Positions 10,254-20,297 of a DNA stretch of 64,000 bases are shown piece after piece. Both the position numbers and the translations under genes were made by a program. A model generated the notes under the pieces. That model was not told where the DNA came from and did no database searches. It saw nothing but the letters and a program-made list of their open reading frames with translations. Location: the NCBI GenBank assembly GCA_965262115.1, contig OZ253496.1:96001-160000 (forward strand), given 5' to 3'. How positions within the stretch are numbered: position 1 is the first letter of the stretch; each line of letters starts with the position of its first letter. Origin of the DNA: Nitrospinales bacterium. Lineage in GTDB: Bacteria; Nitrospinota; Nitrospinia; Nitrospinales; VA-1.

Positions 10254-10558
10254 GAGACCTTTGCATAAGTCAAAAAATCGAAGAATCGAGATGCTTCGAG
10301 ATACCCCTACGGGGCATGAAGTTTAAGGAAGAGGATATCACATACCCCTACGGGGCAAGAATTCAAAGGTCAAATATCACTAGCTCAGCATGACAATACT
10401 GGGCCGGTTTGTCATTCTGAGGAACAAGGTGACGAAGACGTGATATTTGTGATGGCCTCTTCCTTAAACTTCATGCCCGGCACGGGTATTTCCTTAAACT
10501 TCATGAGCCTGTGATATCCCCTCCGCTAAATTCATGCCCGGAACGGGTAGAAGGGGTA
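10254..10558. repeat. Mosaic repeat cluster: MITE left end plus five copies of the ~40-bp TACCC...ATCAC element (two tandem, three nested)
   Basis: GAGACCTTTGCATAAGTC at 10254. Copies at 10302-10341 and 10343-10380 (+). An outer minus-strand copy (10440-10448, 10489-10510, 10550-10558) is interrupted by copies at 10449-10488 and 10511-10549. Confidence 0.85.
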
Positions 10559-10585
10559 CATCGGTGGCTAGAAAAGGTTGTGTGG

Positions 10586-11983
10586 TTACTGGCAGGATGA
10601 AGTTTCGTTTTCCAGAGTAGGATGGATGGGCACAATTTCTACGGTTTTGTTGACGTTGTCTCTGGTGTTCTGCACTGCCAGTTTGTCGAATAGGAAAGTC
10701 AATTTCTCTTCCAGTTCTTTGCCGATCCCTGCGCGGATTTCATTGGACAATCCCCAGAATTCGGATTTGAACTCGCCGAACCCTTTTTTGCGGGTCTTGT
10801 AGATGAACTGCTCATCGGTTTCTCCGGACTTTTTCTCCCCGGCAAACTTTTTCCTCAAGTGTGTGTAAATTTCTTCTTTAAAGTCGGCGGGGAACAGGTC
10901 GCTCCCGTAAATCATATTCTGAAAATCAGTAGCCAGATGAATTTCTGCTGTTTCCAGTTCCGGGAATTTATTGAACAGGTCTTGGGGGAGGGTGGACGCG
11001 CCATGTTGGACGGCTCCAGCCAGTCCATAATTCTCGCGTGAAATGCGCGAAAGGTTTTCCAGCGTATCGAAATCGAGATTGACATCGGCCACGGTGCCAT
11101 CGGGTAAAGGGACCCCTCCATGCGAGGTCCCGGTTTGGATGGAGATTTTGCTGATGGTGGTGCCATTGCGATTTTTTTCCAGAAGTTTATTGAAGTTGTC
11201 AAGATAGGCTATCAGTTCCTGCTCGTTGCTGTTTTCTTTTCCCACCTCGCCGATTTCACCACCCACAGAGATGGTGATGCCCTCCGGTTCGAATTCACGA
11301 ACATGTTGGGTGAGACCCACACCGACTTCAAAGTTGGCGCGTTGTTGTTCCACGACGGTGGGTTTGCTGAGGTCGACCAGTGTCGAGGTGTCAATGTCGA
11401 TATTATAGAATCCGCCAGCAATACCGCTTTGGATCAATTCTTTGAGTCCGGCGATCTCTTTTTCCGGGTCTTGGGCGTAGTTTTTGGCGTTGACCTGAAA
11501 ATGGTCTCCCTGTATGAAAACAGGTCCTGTATAACTTTCTTTAATGGCTGCTGCAAGAATGACGGTAGACAATTCGTGCGGTTTCTGGAAGGTGTAGCCC
11601 ATTTCCGATTTAGCCAGTTCAAAAATAAAGGCACCGGCGTTCATCTTTATAGCGGTGCGAAAAATGGCTCGGCACAGTTCATAGGGCAGACCGCGGATGT
11701 TGAGAGCGGGTACGGTGAATCCTTTAACTTCGCCCCGGCCTCGAGCTTCATAGAGTCCTTGAATAGATGAACTGACAATGCCCAGTTCCAGTGCTGCAGA
11801 TTTGATGAGAAACCGGCTCAGTCCTTTTATCTCTGCTGATGGGTTGAGAACGGCGTTCTGGACCAACTGATCGAGCACGTCGCCCTTGAGTTTATCGGCG
11901 TTTTCTATTTTCAAGCCCCCGTTATCGGGAGTGGCAATATTTTTGAGTTGGTGGGTTATTTCGTCTTTATTATTAAAAAACAT
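10586..11983 (-). CDS. Class II fructose-bisphosphate aldolase family protein
   Basis: VPALN, QGDH, GGEIGEVG, GTSHG and VQHGAS metal-binding motifs. Confidence 0.88.
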   Translation of the reverse strand: MFFNNKDEITHQLKNIATPDNGGLKIENADKLKGDVLDQLVQNAVLNPSAEIKGLSRFLIKSAALELGIVSSSIQGLYEARGRGEVKGFTVPALNIRGLPYELCRAIFRTAIKMNAGAFIFELAKSEMGYTFQKPHELSTVILAAAIKESYTGPVFIQGDHFQVNAKNYAQDPEKEIAGLKELIQSGIAGGFYNIDIDTSTLVDLSKPTVVEQQRANFEVGVGLTQHVREFEPEGITISVGGEIGEVGKENSNEQELIAYLDNFNKLLEKNRNGTTISKISIQTGTSHGGVPLPDGTVADVNLDFDTLENLSRISRENYGLAGAVQHGASTLPQDLFNKFPELETAEIHLATDFQNMIYGSDLFPADFKEEIYTHLRKKFAGEKKSGETDEQFIYKTRKKGFGEFKSEFWGLSNEIRAGIGKELEEKLTFLFDKLAVQNTRDNVNKTVEIVPIHPTLENETSSCQ

Positions 11984-12407
11984 CGGGCTCCCTTTGAAAG
12001 CTTAAAGTCCCTGATTGTAAGCGAGAATCATACATCGGGGTGTCGGTTCAGGAATTGGCCGGAACTATAAAATGATTCCGGGTTTCAGCGTTGTTGCATC
12101 TTCTGTTTGCGGTTGGGACCGTATAAAGATGAAGTTTTGCCTGTCGAGTGCATTGTAGCGAAAAATCTGCTTTCAGGCAAAACATCTTTATGGGGAAAAG
12201 AATAACTAAATTATTACTTTAAAAACAATTATTTAACGTTATTATATTAATCCTGATTGTCCGTGGTGCTGGCTGGAATGATCTATTTAAACCTGAAAAA
12301 CGGGTTATGATAAATGCTTGAGGGTGCAAGCCGAAACGGTTTTTGGCGGAATCCGTTTAAACTCTTAAAACGCCTATAATTACAACATTTTCTTGCCTTA
12401 ATTCTAA

Positions 12408-12435
12408 TTGACACAGTTGAATAATTTGCTATAAT
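12408..12435 (+). promoter_or_regulatory. Sigma70 promoter of the usp gene
   Basis: TTGACA (12408-12413), 16-bp spacer, TGnTATAAT (-10 at 12430-12435). Confidence 0.75.
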
Positions 12436-12582
12436 GCCCAGCGTCTGTATTGTGCGTTGATCGCACCCGATTCATCTGTTGATTAAGTGAATTTATTTTA
12501 TGATTCGTTAATTTTTGAATATTTAGATTCTAATTTTTCAAAACTATATTTCCCAGGATTCTGGAACGGAGAAATTGACCCC

Positions 12583-14550
12583 ATGTTTAAGAATATTTAT
12601 ATACCGGTAGACAATTCTGATTATTCCAACGCTTGCGTGGATCTAGCGCTCGAGTTTGCCAAGGGATCAGAAACGACCATTACCGCAAGCCATGTTTATG
12701 CCGCGAAAATGCACGATGTCCGGTTTCGTCAAATGGAAAGCGGGCTTCCTGAGGAATATCAGGATGAGCAAGAATTAGAAAAACAACGAAATATTCATGA
12801 CCAGTTGATCACCAAGGGAATGGAAGTTATCAGTGATTCCTATTTGGATGTCCCCAAGGACAAATGTAAAACATTGGGCATTCCTTTTGTGGGTAAATCC
12901 CTCGAAGGGCGCAATTGGACGGAGATGGTGCGAGATATCAAGGAATCTCCCTATGACTTGGTTATCATCGGTGCTTTAGGGCTCGGCGCCATTAAAGACA
13001 GCTTGATCGGTACCGTTGCTGAGAGGGTGATCCGGCGCTCTACAAAAGATATGTTGGTGGTGAAATATTGTCCTGAAATTCATGACGACAGGCCTTCAAG
13101 CGGGAAAATTGTAGTGGCAGTGGATGGTAGCGGCCATTCTTTTGGTGGCTTGATGACAGGTATTGAAATGGCGAAGAAGTTGAATCGTCCTCTGGAAATC
13201 ATTTCTACATTTGATCCTTATTTCCATTATGCCATGTTCAACAGCCTGACTGGCGTATTGTCCCGGGAAGCTTCCAAAGTGTTCAAGTTTGAGCAACAGG
13301 AAAAGCTTCATGAAGATATCATCGATAAGGGGCTGGCAAAAATCTACCAGGCTCATCTGGAGATTTCCCGAAAAGTTTGTGAAGAAGAAGATGTGGAATG
13401 CACCATCCGTCTTCTGGACGGAAAGGTTTTCGAGAAAGTTCTGCAGTACGCTCGGGAAGAGAACCCCTATCTGCTGATTCTTGGAAGAATTGGAGTTCAC
13501 AGTGCTCCGGATATGGACATTGGAGGCAATGCCGAGAACCTGTTGCGTCTGGTTCCGTGTAACGTGATGCTTTCCAGCAGAGTGTTCAAGCCGCCGATAG
13601 ACTTGCAGGCGGAAGAGAGCATTGAATGGACCGCTGAAGCGAAAGAGCGCTTGAAGAAGATTCCGGGATTTGTTCGCCCCATGGCGACTTCCGCGATCCT
13701 GCGTTATGCATTGGAGCGGGGACACAGCATGATCACATCTGGAGTTATCACCGAAGCGGTGCAGGAGATTCTACCTGCCGGCGCCATGCAGGCCATGTCT
13801 GCCATTGGTGAAAGTATGAAGAAAGAAGGAATGGACCCGAATAACCCTGAAGGTCTGGGCATGCTGAAGGAAGAAATGGCAGAAGCTCATGCTGGTAAAC
13901 CTCCTGAAGAGATAACTTTGAAATGCACCAGTTGTAATACTTTTTATAAAGGTGATGTTGTTAAATGTACTGTTTGCAATGCGGGTCCGGAACGCTTGCT
14001 TCCTGTTAATAAGGAAGAGTGTCAGCCTACGGAAGCAGAGGCTCAGGATTCCACTACCTTCACACCTCTGCCGGATGGTGTGCAAGTGTCATGGACCCAG
14101 GAAGCCTTGGATCGGCTTAACAGTTTTCCAAAGGGGCATTTGAGAAGAAAAGCCCATGCCCGAGTTGAGAAAAATGCGCGGGTGCAGAAAGTGAATACCG
14201 TCTCATTGGCATTTCTCGATAAAATCCTGAACGAAAAGATCGTCCAGGATGGAAATGGGAAAAGCGAAGGAATTCCGGGAGACATCCTCAGCATAGGAGA
14301 ATCCTTGAATGCAGATGATTTCAACTGGTCACCGGAAGCTTTGGAAAGGCTGGAACGCGTTCCCCAAGGGTTTATGAGGGACAATACCCAAAACCGGGTA
14401 ATGGCCTGGTGTTCTCAAAATGATATCAAGGATATTTCACTGGATGTCTGTGAGGAAGGAATCCGGGAGTCTGTAAAGATGATGGAAGAGGCCATTAAAA
14501 ATGGCGCAGGCTTGGAAGATTTTATCCCCAAAAAAGAAGTAAAAGCCTAG
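12583..14550 (+). CDS. Universal stress protein with two USP domains, three PCP_red-like helical repeats and a CxxC..CxxC zinc ribbon
   Basis: FKNIYIPVDNS and KIVVAVDGS USP starts; WTAEAKERLKKIPGFVR, WTQEALDRL and WSPEALERLERVPQGFMR repeats; CTSC...CTVC. Confidence 0.85.
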   Translation: MFKNIYIPVDNSDYSNACVDLALEFAKGSETTITASHVYAAKMHDVRFRQMESGLPEEYQDEQELEKQRNIHDQLITKGMEVISDSYLDVPKDKCKTLGIPFVGKSLEGRNWTEMVRDIKESPYDLVIIGALGLGAIKDSLIGTVAERVIRRSTKDMLVVKYCPEIHDDRPSSGKIVVAVDGSGHSFGGLMTGIEMAKKLNRPLEIISTFDPYFHYAMFNSLTGVLSREASKVFKFEQQEKLHEDIIDKGLAKIYQAHLEISRKVCEEEDVECTIRLLDGKVFEKVLQYAREENPYLLILGRIGVHSAPDMDIGGNAENLLRLVPCNVMLSSRVFKPPIDLQAEESIEWTAEAKERLKKIPGFVRPMATSAILRYALERGHSMITSGVITEAVQEILPAGAMQAMSAIGESMKKEGMDPNNPEGLGMLKEEMAEAHAGKPPEEITLKCTSCNTFYKGDVVKCTVCNAGPERLLPVNKEECQPTEAEAQDSTTFTPLPDGVQVSWTQEALDRLNSFPKGHLRRKAHARVEKNARVQKVNTVSLAFLDKILNEKIVQDGNGKSEGIPGDILSIGESLNADDFNWSPEALERLERVPQGFMRDNTQNRVMAWCSQNDIKDISLDVCEEGIRESVKMMEEAIKNGAGLEDFIPKKEVKA

Positions 14551-14581
14551 GCTTTTCCCTCGTTTAAGCAACAGTTTTTTT

Positions 14582-14622
14582 AGCCCCTGGATATTGAATT
14601 GAGTTCAATACCAGGGGCTTTT
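14582..14622 (+). terminator. Rho-independent terminator
   Basis: agcccctgg...ccaggggct stem followed by T-run, downstream of usp. Confidence 0.75.
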
Positions 14623-14672
14623 CCCTGTCATTTTCTGTCCTACAGGTTCCTGTCTCGAAATCTCGGTGGCTA

Positions 14673-16439
14673 ATGTCCTCCCAACTTTATAAGCGCTTAT
14701 TTCGTAACCTAAAACCTTATCTTGGCCGTTTGTATCTGGCCATTTTCTTTTCAGTCACTGTTGGCATCATCGCCACTTCGCCCGTTCCGATTATTCAAAA
14801 AACCTTCGATCAGATCTTTGTTGAAAAAGATTATTTCATGCTGAAGGTGATTCCCCTTGCCCTGGTCATTTTATACGTTATCAAAGCAATATTGACCTAT
14901 GCACAGAACCTCATCATTTTCGGTATCTCGTGGGAGTTGGTGGCGAGATTCAGGGAAAAGTTGTTCACTCATATTCACGGGATTCCTTTCGTGTTTTTTG
15001 AGAACCATGAAACCGGCGAGATCATGTCGCGAATCAACAATGATGTTGCAATCATGCAGTCCACCCTGACGCGACTATTGAAAGAGTTCATGCAAAACGG
15101 TGTGATGCTGATTGGTCTGCTAGGTTGGGTGTTTTACTTAAAATGGGACTGGGCGATAATGGCGCTGATCATATTTCCTGCAACGGTCTTCCCGGTATCA
15201 AGAATTGCCCGGAAACTGCGGCACCTGTCCCGCAGAGGGCAAGAGATTCTGGGCAGTATCAACGCAACGATTCTGGAATCCTTTTCAGGGATAAAAGTTG
15301 TCCGAGCCTTTGGTATGAAACCTCGTGAGATAGAAAAGTTCCGAGTTGATAACGATGGTTATCTTGCAGTGATGAAAAAAAATGTCAAGTATGTGGAAAT
15401 CACTTCACCTTTTCTGGAGGTTTTGGGAGTTGCCAGTGTGGCGTTCATCCTGTGGTATGGAGGGAATCAGGTTTTGAATGGCGAAATCAGCCAGGGAACA
15501 TTTCTGGCTTTCATCGTTGCCTTGTTCATGATGTATGCTCCCATTCGAATATTGTTCAAAATCTACACCAATGTCCAGACAGCATTGGCAGGAGCGGATA
15601 GGGTGTTCGATATTCTTGACCATGATGTAGAAATGCTGTGGGAAGGCCAGGATGAACTTCAAAACTTCAAGGCCGGTATTGAGTTTAAGGATGTTTCTTT
15701 TCGCTATCCGTCACGCAACGCACTGGTTCTGAACAATATAAATCTTTTGGTTAAGAAATCAGAAATCATCGCCATTGTGGGGATGAGCGGGGCAGGCAAG
15801 ACAACTTTGGTGGATCTGCTATTTCGCTTCTTCGATCCGACTTCCGGTTCCATCCTGATAGACGGGAAAAATATTCAGGATTATAAACTGGATTCTTTGC
15901 GGCGGCAATTGGCTTTGGTGACTCAGGAAACTTTTTTGTTCAACGATACCATTTTGAACAACATTGCGTTCGGATGTGAGGGGGAAGTCTCACACGAAGA
16001 AATTATGGCGGCCGCCCGAGCCGCCCATGTGGATTATTTTGCATCGAAACTGGATGAGGGTTACGAAACTCTCATCGGCGAACGGGGAGTCAAGCTCTCC
16101 GGAGGACAACGTCAGAGGATCGCCATAGCCCGGGCTATTTTAAGGAACGCTCCAATTCTGGTTCTGGATGAGGCCACGTCGGCATTGGACTCCGAATCCG
16201 AAAAGCTGGTTCAGGATGCCCTGCATAATCTCATGGAACACAGGACGTCTTTCGTTATTGCACATCGTCTATCAACCATCAAACACGCCAACCGGATCAT
16301 TGTCATGGATAAAGGCCAAATCGTAGAGTCGGGGACGCATGAGTCTCTTCTTGCCAGTAGTGGGTTATACCAGAAATATTATGAAATGCAATTCATCGAC
16401 ATGGAATACAATAACAAAAATACCAAAGAAAATAATTAA
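14673..16439 (+). CDS. msbA: MsbA-like ABC exporter (fused TM and ATPase)
   Basis: TM domain, Walker A GMSGAGKT, LSGGQRQR, DEATSALD, IAHRLST. Confidence 0.8.
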   Translation: MSSQLYKRLFRNLKPYLGRLYLAIFFSVTVGIIATSPVPIIQKTFDQIFVEKDYFMLKVIPLALVILYVIKAILTYAQNLIIFGISWELVARFREKLFTHIHGIPFVFFENHETGEIMSRINNDVAIMQSTLTRLLKEFMQNGVMLIGLLGWVFYLKWDWAIMALIIFPATVFPVSRIARKLRHLSRRGQEILGSINATILESFSGIKVVRAFGMKPREIEKFRVDNDGYLAVMKKNVKYVEITSPFLEVLGVASVAFILWYGGNQVLNGEISQGTFLAFIVALFMMYAPIRILFKIYTNVQTALAGADRVFDILDHDVEMLWEGQDELQNFKAGIEFKDVSFRYPSRNALVLNNINLLVKKSEIIAIVGMSGAGKTTLVDLLFRFFDPTSGSILIDGKNIQDYKLDSLRRQLALVTQETFLFNDTILNNIAFGCEGEVSHEEIMAAARAAHVDYFASKLDEGYETLIGERGVKLSGGQRQRIAIARAILRNAPILVLDEATSALDSESEKLVQDALHNLMEHRTSFVIAHRLSTIKHANRIIVMDKGQIVESGTHESLLASSGLYQKYYEMQFIDMEYNNKNTKENN

Positions 16440-16440
16440 A

Positions 16441-17487
16441 ATGCGTTTTGAAAAAGTTCATATTGAAGGGCTGGGCTACCACCTTCCTGATAATATCGTG
16501 ACTTCGGCTGAGATTGAAAAAAGGCTGGCGCCTCTTTATGAGCGGCTCAAACTCCCTCAAGGCCGACTGGAATTGATGAGCGGAATTCAAGAACGCCGTT
16601 TCTGGGAGAAGAGGGTTTTCCCCAGTGATGTGGCAACCGTTGCCGGGCAAAAGGCCCTTGCCCAATCCGGGGTAGATCGGGAGCAAATAGGTTGTCTGAT
16701 TTCCGCATCGGTCTGCAGGGATTTTCTGGAGCCCTCCACCGCTTCGGTCATTCATCATAACCTGAAGCTTCCGGTTGAGGGCTTTGTGTTCGATGTTTCC
16801 AATGCCTGCCTGGGTGTGCTGAATGGGATGATGATCATTGCCAATATGATTGAACAAAACCAGATATTAGCGGGATTGGTGGTGGCCGGAGAAAATGGCG
16901 GCCCACTGGTGAACAACACGATCGAAACTTTGCTGGCCCGACAGGATATTACCCGCAGTAATGTCAAATCCTCTTTTGCGTCATTGACCATCGGGTCTTC
17001 TGCCGTCGGTGTTGTTCTGGCCCATGAAAAAATCGCAAAGCAAAACCACCGCCTGATCGGTGGCGTTTCTCTGGCTGAAACCCAGTTCAATCACTTATGT
17101 CGGGGCAGTGATGACAGTGGCGCCGGTAGCGATTGGTCGCCTCTGATGGAAACCGATTCTGAAACTTTGATGCAGGAGGGATGTCGGCTTGCCGGTAAAA
17201 CCTGGGTGCGTACCCGGGAAGAGCTTGACTGGAACAATGAAGAGGTCAGCCGGGTATTCTGCCATCAGGTAGGCAAAGGCCATCGAAAACTCATGTATGA
17301 AAGTGTCGGGCTGGACCCTGAAAAAGATTTTTCCACTCTGGAGTTTCTCGGTAATACCGGGTCTGCCTCGCTGCCAACGACCCTGGCCATGGGGATCGAA
17401 AAAAATGTTCTCAAGTCTGGCGACAAAGCTGCATTGCTTGGCATTGGCAGCGGACTCAACTGCATGATGATGGGTGTTGAGTGGTGA
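16441..17487 (+). CDS. oleA: OleA-type thiolase (3-oxoacyl-ACP synthase III family, head-to-head acyl condensation)
   Basis: N-terminus RLAPLYERL...SGIQERRFW, RDFLEPSTA (Glu), FDVSNACLG (Cys), CHQV (His), GNTG, GIGSGLN; followed by an OleB-like gene. Confidence 0.82.
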   Translation: MRFEKVHIEGLGYHLPDNIVTSAEIEKRLAPLYERLKLPQGRLELMSGIQERRFWEKRVFPSDVATVAGQKALAQSGVDREQIGCLISASVCRDFLEPSTASVIHHNLKLPVEGFVFDVSNACLGVLNGMMIIANMIEQNQILAGLVVAGENGGPLVNNTIETLLARQDITRSNVKSSFASLTIGSSAVGVVLAHEKIAKQNHRLIGGVSLAETQFNHLCRGSDDSGAGSDWSPLMETDSETLMQEGCRLAGKTWVRTREELDWNNEEVSRVFCHQVGKGHRKLMYESVGLDPEKDFSTLEFLGNTGSASLPTTLAMGIEKNVLKSGDKAALLGIGSGLNCMMMGVEW

Positions 17488-18353
17488 CAGATCTTTATCC
17501 CTTTTCATCACATATCCTGCAACTCGAAAAGTTCCGCTACCATTACCTGGATGAAGGGCCTTCAGGCAGCGAACCGCTTCTCATGTTGCATGGCAACCCA
17601 ACATGGTCCTTTTATTATCGCAATCTGATCCTGGGACTGAAAGACTCCTATCGCTGTGTGGTGCCCGACCATATGGGAATGGGAAAATCAGATAAGCCGC
17701 AGGACTATCCTTACACGCTTTCCCGGCACATTGACAATCTTGAAAAACTGATCGATCACCTCAAGCTGGATGACATCACCCTGGTGGTTCATGATTGGGG
17801 TGGGGCGATAGGAATGGGTTTTGCGGTACGGCATCCAGAACGAATCAAGAGGTTGGTAATTTTTAATACCGCCGCGTTTTTATCGGGTGAGATGCCACTG
17901 AGCTTGAGACTGTGTCGCCTGCCAGGGTTTGGGACTATCGCCATCCGCGGTTTCAATGCATTTGCAAAGGGCGCTATCCGCTGGGCTTGCAACAAACAGG
18001 AAAGAATGACCGAAGAAGTCCGGGCCGGTTATCTACAACCTTATAACAGCTTTGCAAACCGGGTGGCAAATTTACGCTTTGTGCAGGATATTCCCATGAG
18101 CCCTGATTCACCGAGCTATCCGATGGTTCAGCACATTGAAGAGAACCTGAAGTTATTTCGAGAGCATCCCGTTCAGATTATCTGGGGAGCGCATGATTTT
18201 GTATTTAATGATCACTTTCTGAAGCGGTGGCAAGAGATTTTCCCTCAGGCGGAGGTGCATCGGATTGAAGATGCCGGGCATTATGTGGTGGAAGATGCGC
18301 ACGAGCGTATTCTGCCGATGATGAAAGAATTCTTCGGGAAGAATCCAATCTGA
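17481..18353 (+). CDS. oleB: Haloalkane-dehalogenase-like alpha/beta hydrolase, OleB-like beta-lactone decarboxylase
   Basis: YPF...HYLDEG, HGNPTWSFYYR, HDWGG (Asp nucleophile), AGHYVVED; overlaps oleA. Confidence 0.75.
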   Translation: MVTDLYPFSSHILQLEKFRYHYLDEGPSGSEPLLMLHGNPTWSFYYRNLILGLKDSYRCVVPDHMGMGKSDKPQDYPYTLSRHIDNLEKLIDHLKLDDITLVVHDWGGAIGMGFAVRHPERIKRLVIFNTAAFLSGEMPLSLRLCRLPGFGTIAIRGFNAFAKGAIRWACNKQERMTEEVRAGYLQPYNSFANRVANLRFVQDIPMSPDSPSYPMVQHIEENLKLFREHPVQIIWGAHDFVFNDHFLKRWQEIFPQAEVHRIEDAGHYVVEDAHERILPMMKEFFGKNPI

Positions 18354-18376
18354 AGTGAATATATTTTTAATGGCAT

Positions 18377-18417
18377 AAAAAAACCGGCCTCCGATAATGG
18401 AAAGCCGGTTTTATTTT
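18377..18417. terminator. Bidirectional terminator between oleB and ahcY
   Basis: aaaaaaaccggc...gccggttttattt between convergent genes. Confidence 0.75.
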
Positions 18418-18429
18418 GCAGTAATTACT

Positions 18430-19731
18430 TTAGTATCGGTAGTGTTCCGGCTTGTAAGGGCCCTCAACTGGCACATTCAGGTATTTGGCCTGCTTGTCTG
18501 TGAGAGTGGTCAGCTTCACTCCCAGTTTGTCTAGGTGCAGACGTGCAACCTCCTCATCGAGTTTTTTCGGCAAGGTGTAAATGCCGACCTCATACTTGGT
18601 GTTATACAGTTCTATCTGGGCCAGCACTTGGTTGGTGAAGGAGTTGGACATCACGAAAGAGGGGTGTCCGGTGGCGCAACCCAGGTTCACCAGTCTTCCT
18701 TCTGCCAGCAGAAGGATACTGTGTCCATCCGGGAAGGTGTATTTATCCACCTGCGGTTTGATAACGGTTTTCTGAACTCCCGCAAAGTTGTTCAATGCCT
18801 CAACCTGAATTTCAATGTCAAAGTGGCCGATATTACAAACAATGGCATCGTTCTTCATTCTTTCCATATGCTCGATACAGATGATGTCGGCACAGCCTGT
18901 GGTGGTGACAAAAATATCACCTTCCTTAACGGCTTCTTCCATGGTGCTGACTTCATAACCTTCCATCGCTGCCTGTAACGCGCAGATGGGGTCGATCTCG
19001 GTAACGATCACCCGGGCGCCCAAACCTTTCATGGAGTCGGCACAACCTTTTCCGACATCGCCAAACCCGGCAATGACCACCACTTTTCCGGCTATCATAA
19101 TATCGGTGGCACGTTTGATACCGTCAGCAAGAGATTCCCTGCAGCCATAAAGGTTGTCGAACTTCGACTTGGTGACCGAATCGTTGACGTTCATTGCCGG
19201 GAGCTTTAAAGCTCCTTTTTCGATCATTTTGTAAAGGTTGTGCACTCCGGTGGTGGTTTCTTCTGTGACACCTTTGATGCCAGCCAGTAACTCAGGGTGT
19301 TTTTCGTGAACATAGGCGGTAAGATCTCCGCCATCGTCAAGAATCATATTTGGGCCATCTTCAAAAAGCAAAGTTTGAGCGGTGCACCACCAATATTCTT
19401 CTTCAGTCTCTTCCTTCCATGCGAATATCGGAATGCCTGCCTTGGCCATGGCGGCTGCGGCATGGTCCTGCGTTGAAAAGATATTGCAGGAAGCCCAGCG
19501 AACGTCGGCCCCCAGTTCGACCAGGGTTTCCATCAGCACGGCGGTTTGAATGGTCATGTGCAAAGAGCCGGCAACGTGGGCCCCCTTCAAGGGTTTTGAA
19601 GTACCATATTTTTCGCGCAGGGCCATGAGTCCGGGCATTTCGTTCTGGGCAAGGATGATTTCTTTACGTCCCCAATCTGCCAGTGACAGATCTTTAACTT
19701 TGAAATCTTCAGAGACGGTGGTCGATGACAT
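18430..19731 (-). CDS. ahcY: Adenosylhomocysteinase
   Basis: [57 protein letters not shown]. Confidence 0.98.
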   Translation of the reverse strand: MSSTTVSEDFKVKDLSLADWGRKEIILAQNEMPGLMALREKYGTSKPLKGAHVAGSLHMTIQTAVLMETLVELGADVRWASCNIFSTQDHAAAAMAKAGIPIFAWKEETEEEYWWCTAQTLLFEDGPNMILDDGGDLTAYVHEKHPELLAGIKGVTEETTTGVHNLYKMIEKGALKLPAMNVNDSVTKSKFDNLYGCRESLADGIKRATDIMIAGKVVVIAGFGDVGKGCADSMKGLGARVIVTEIDPICALQAAMEGYEVSTMEEAVKEGDIFVTTTGCADIICIEHMERMKNDAIVCNIGHFDIEIQVEALNNFAGVQKTVIKPQVDKYTFPDGHSILLLAEGRLVNLGCATGHPSFVMSNSFTNQVLAQIELYNTKYEVGIYTLPKKLDEEVARLHLDKLGVKLTTLTDKQAKYLNVPVEGPYKPEHYRY

Positions 19732-20028
19732 GAGCTACTCCTGAAATGGGTTTTAATATATAATTATAATTTTAGCGGAGTGCTTCCGCTGGCAACTAGC
19801 AATATTTCTATCCTGTGGACATACGTTCTCTCAGTCCAATGGATCATTGCTCATTGGCCCCACGCCGAGTGGGGATACAATATTTTGATTGACTGGGATG
19901 GAATAATAGGAAGTGCTCAGGAAATTTCCATCTTTATATTTACGGCAATTCTTCTTATTAGTTTAGCAGATTATGCGTGGACGTCAATCCATCCAATATT
20001 ACAATCTCAAAAACCTGCTTTCTTCTTT

Positions 20029-20280
20029 ATGATCATTTCTGCGGTTAAAATTTACCCCTTTGATTCCGGCGAACCAGATTCCTCTTTGCGTGCCTATGCC
20101 GATGTCACCCTGGAAGATGAGATTTTGTTGAAAGGGTTTCGCGTTCTTGCTTCTAAAAACGGGGGATTATTTGTCGGCTTCCCTTCCAAGAAAGGTAAGG
20201 ATGGAAAATTTTATGACATGGTGGGATTTAAGTCTGAAGCTTTACAGTCCGATCTCCGGTCGGCGGTTCTCAGAGCCTAG
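20029..20280 (+). CDS. spoVG: SpoVG family nucleic-acid-binding protein (possibly clipped by a premature TAG)
   Basis: LRAYADVTL...GLFVGFPSKK..DGKFYD motif. Ends AVLRA* where a Tyr would be typical. Confidence 0.8.
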   Translation: MIISAVKIYPFDSGEPDSSLRAYADVTLEDEILLKGFRVLASKNGGLFVGFPSKKGKDGKFYDMVGFKSEALQSDLRSAVLRA

Positions 20281-20297
20281 AAGGTTTATTCCTGATA

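Noticed and set aside
10302..10558. 40-bp repeats as CRISPR repeats or group II intron remnants
   Set aside because: Mixed orientation, nested, variable interiors; no GUGYG start or domain V.
19732..19900. SAH/SAM riboswitch upstream of ahcY
   Set aside because: Hairpins exist, but I could not find the conserved cores, and part of the region is a dispersed repeat. An Rfam scan would settle it.
19780..20028. N-terminal extension of the SpoVG ORF
   Set aside because: Runs through repeat and promoter DNA; SpoVG similarity starts at ATG 20029.
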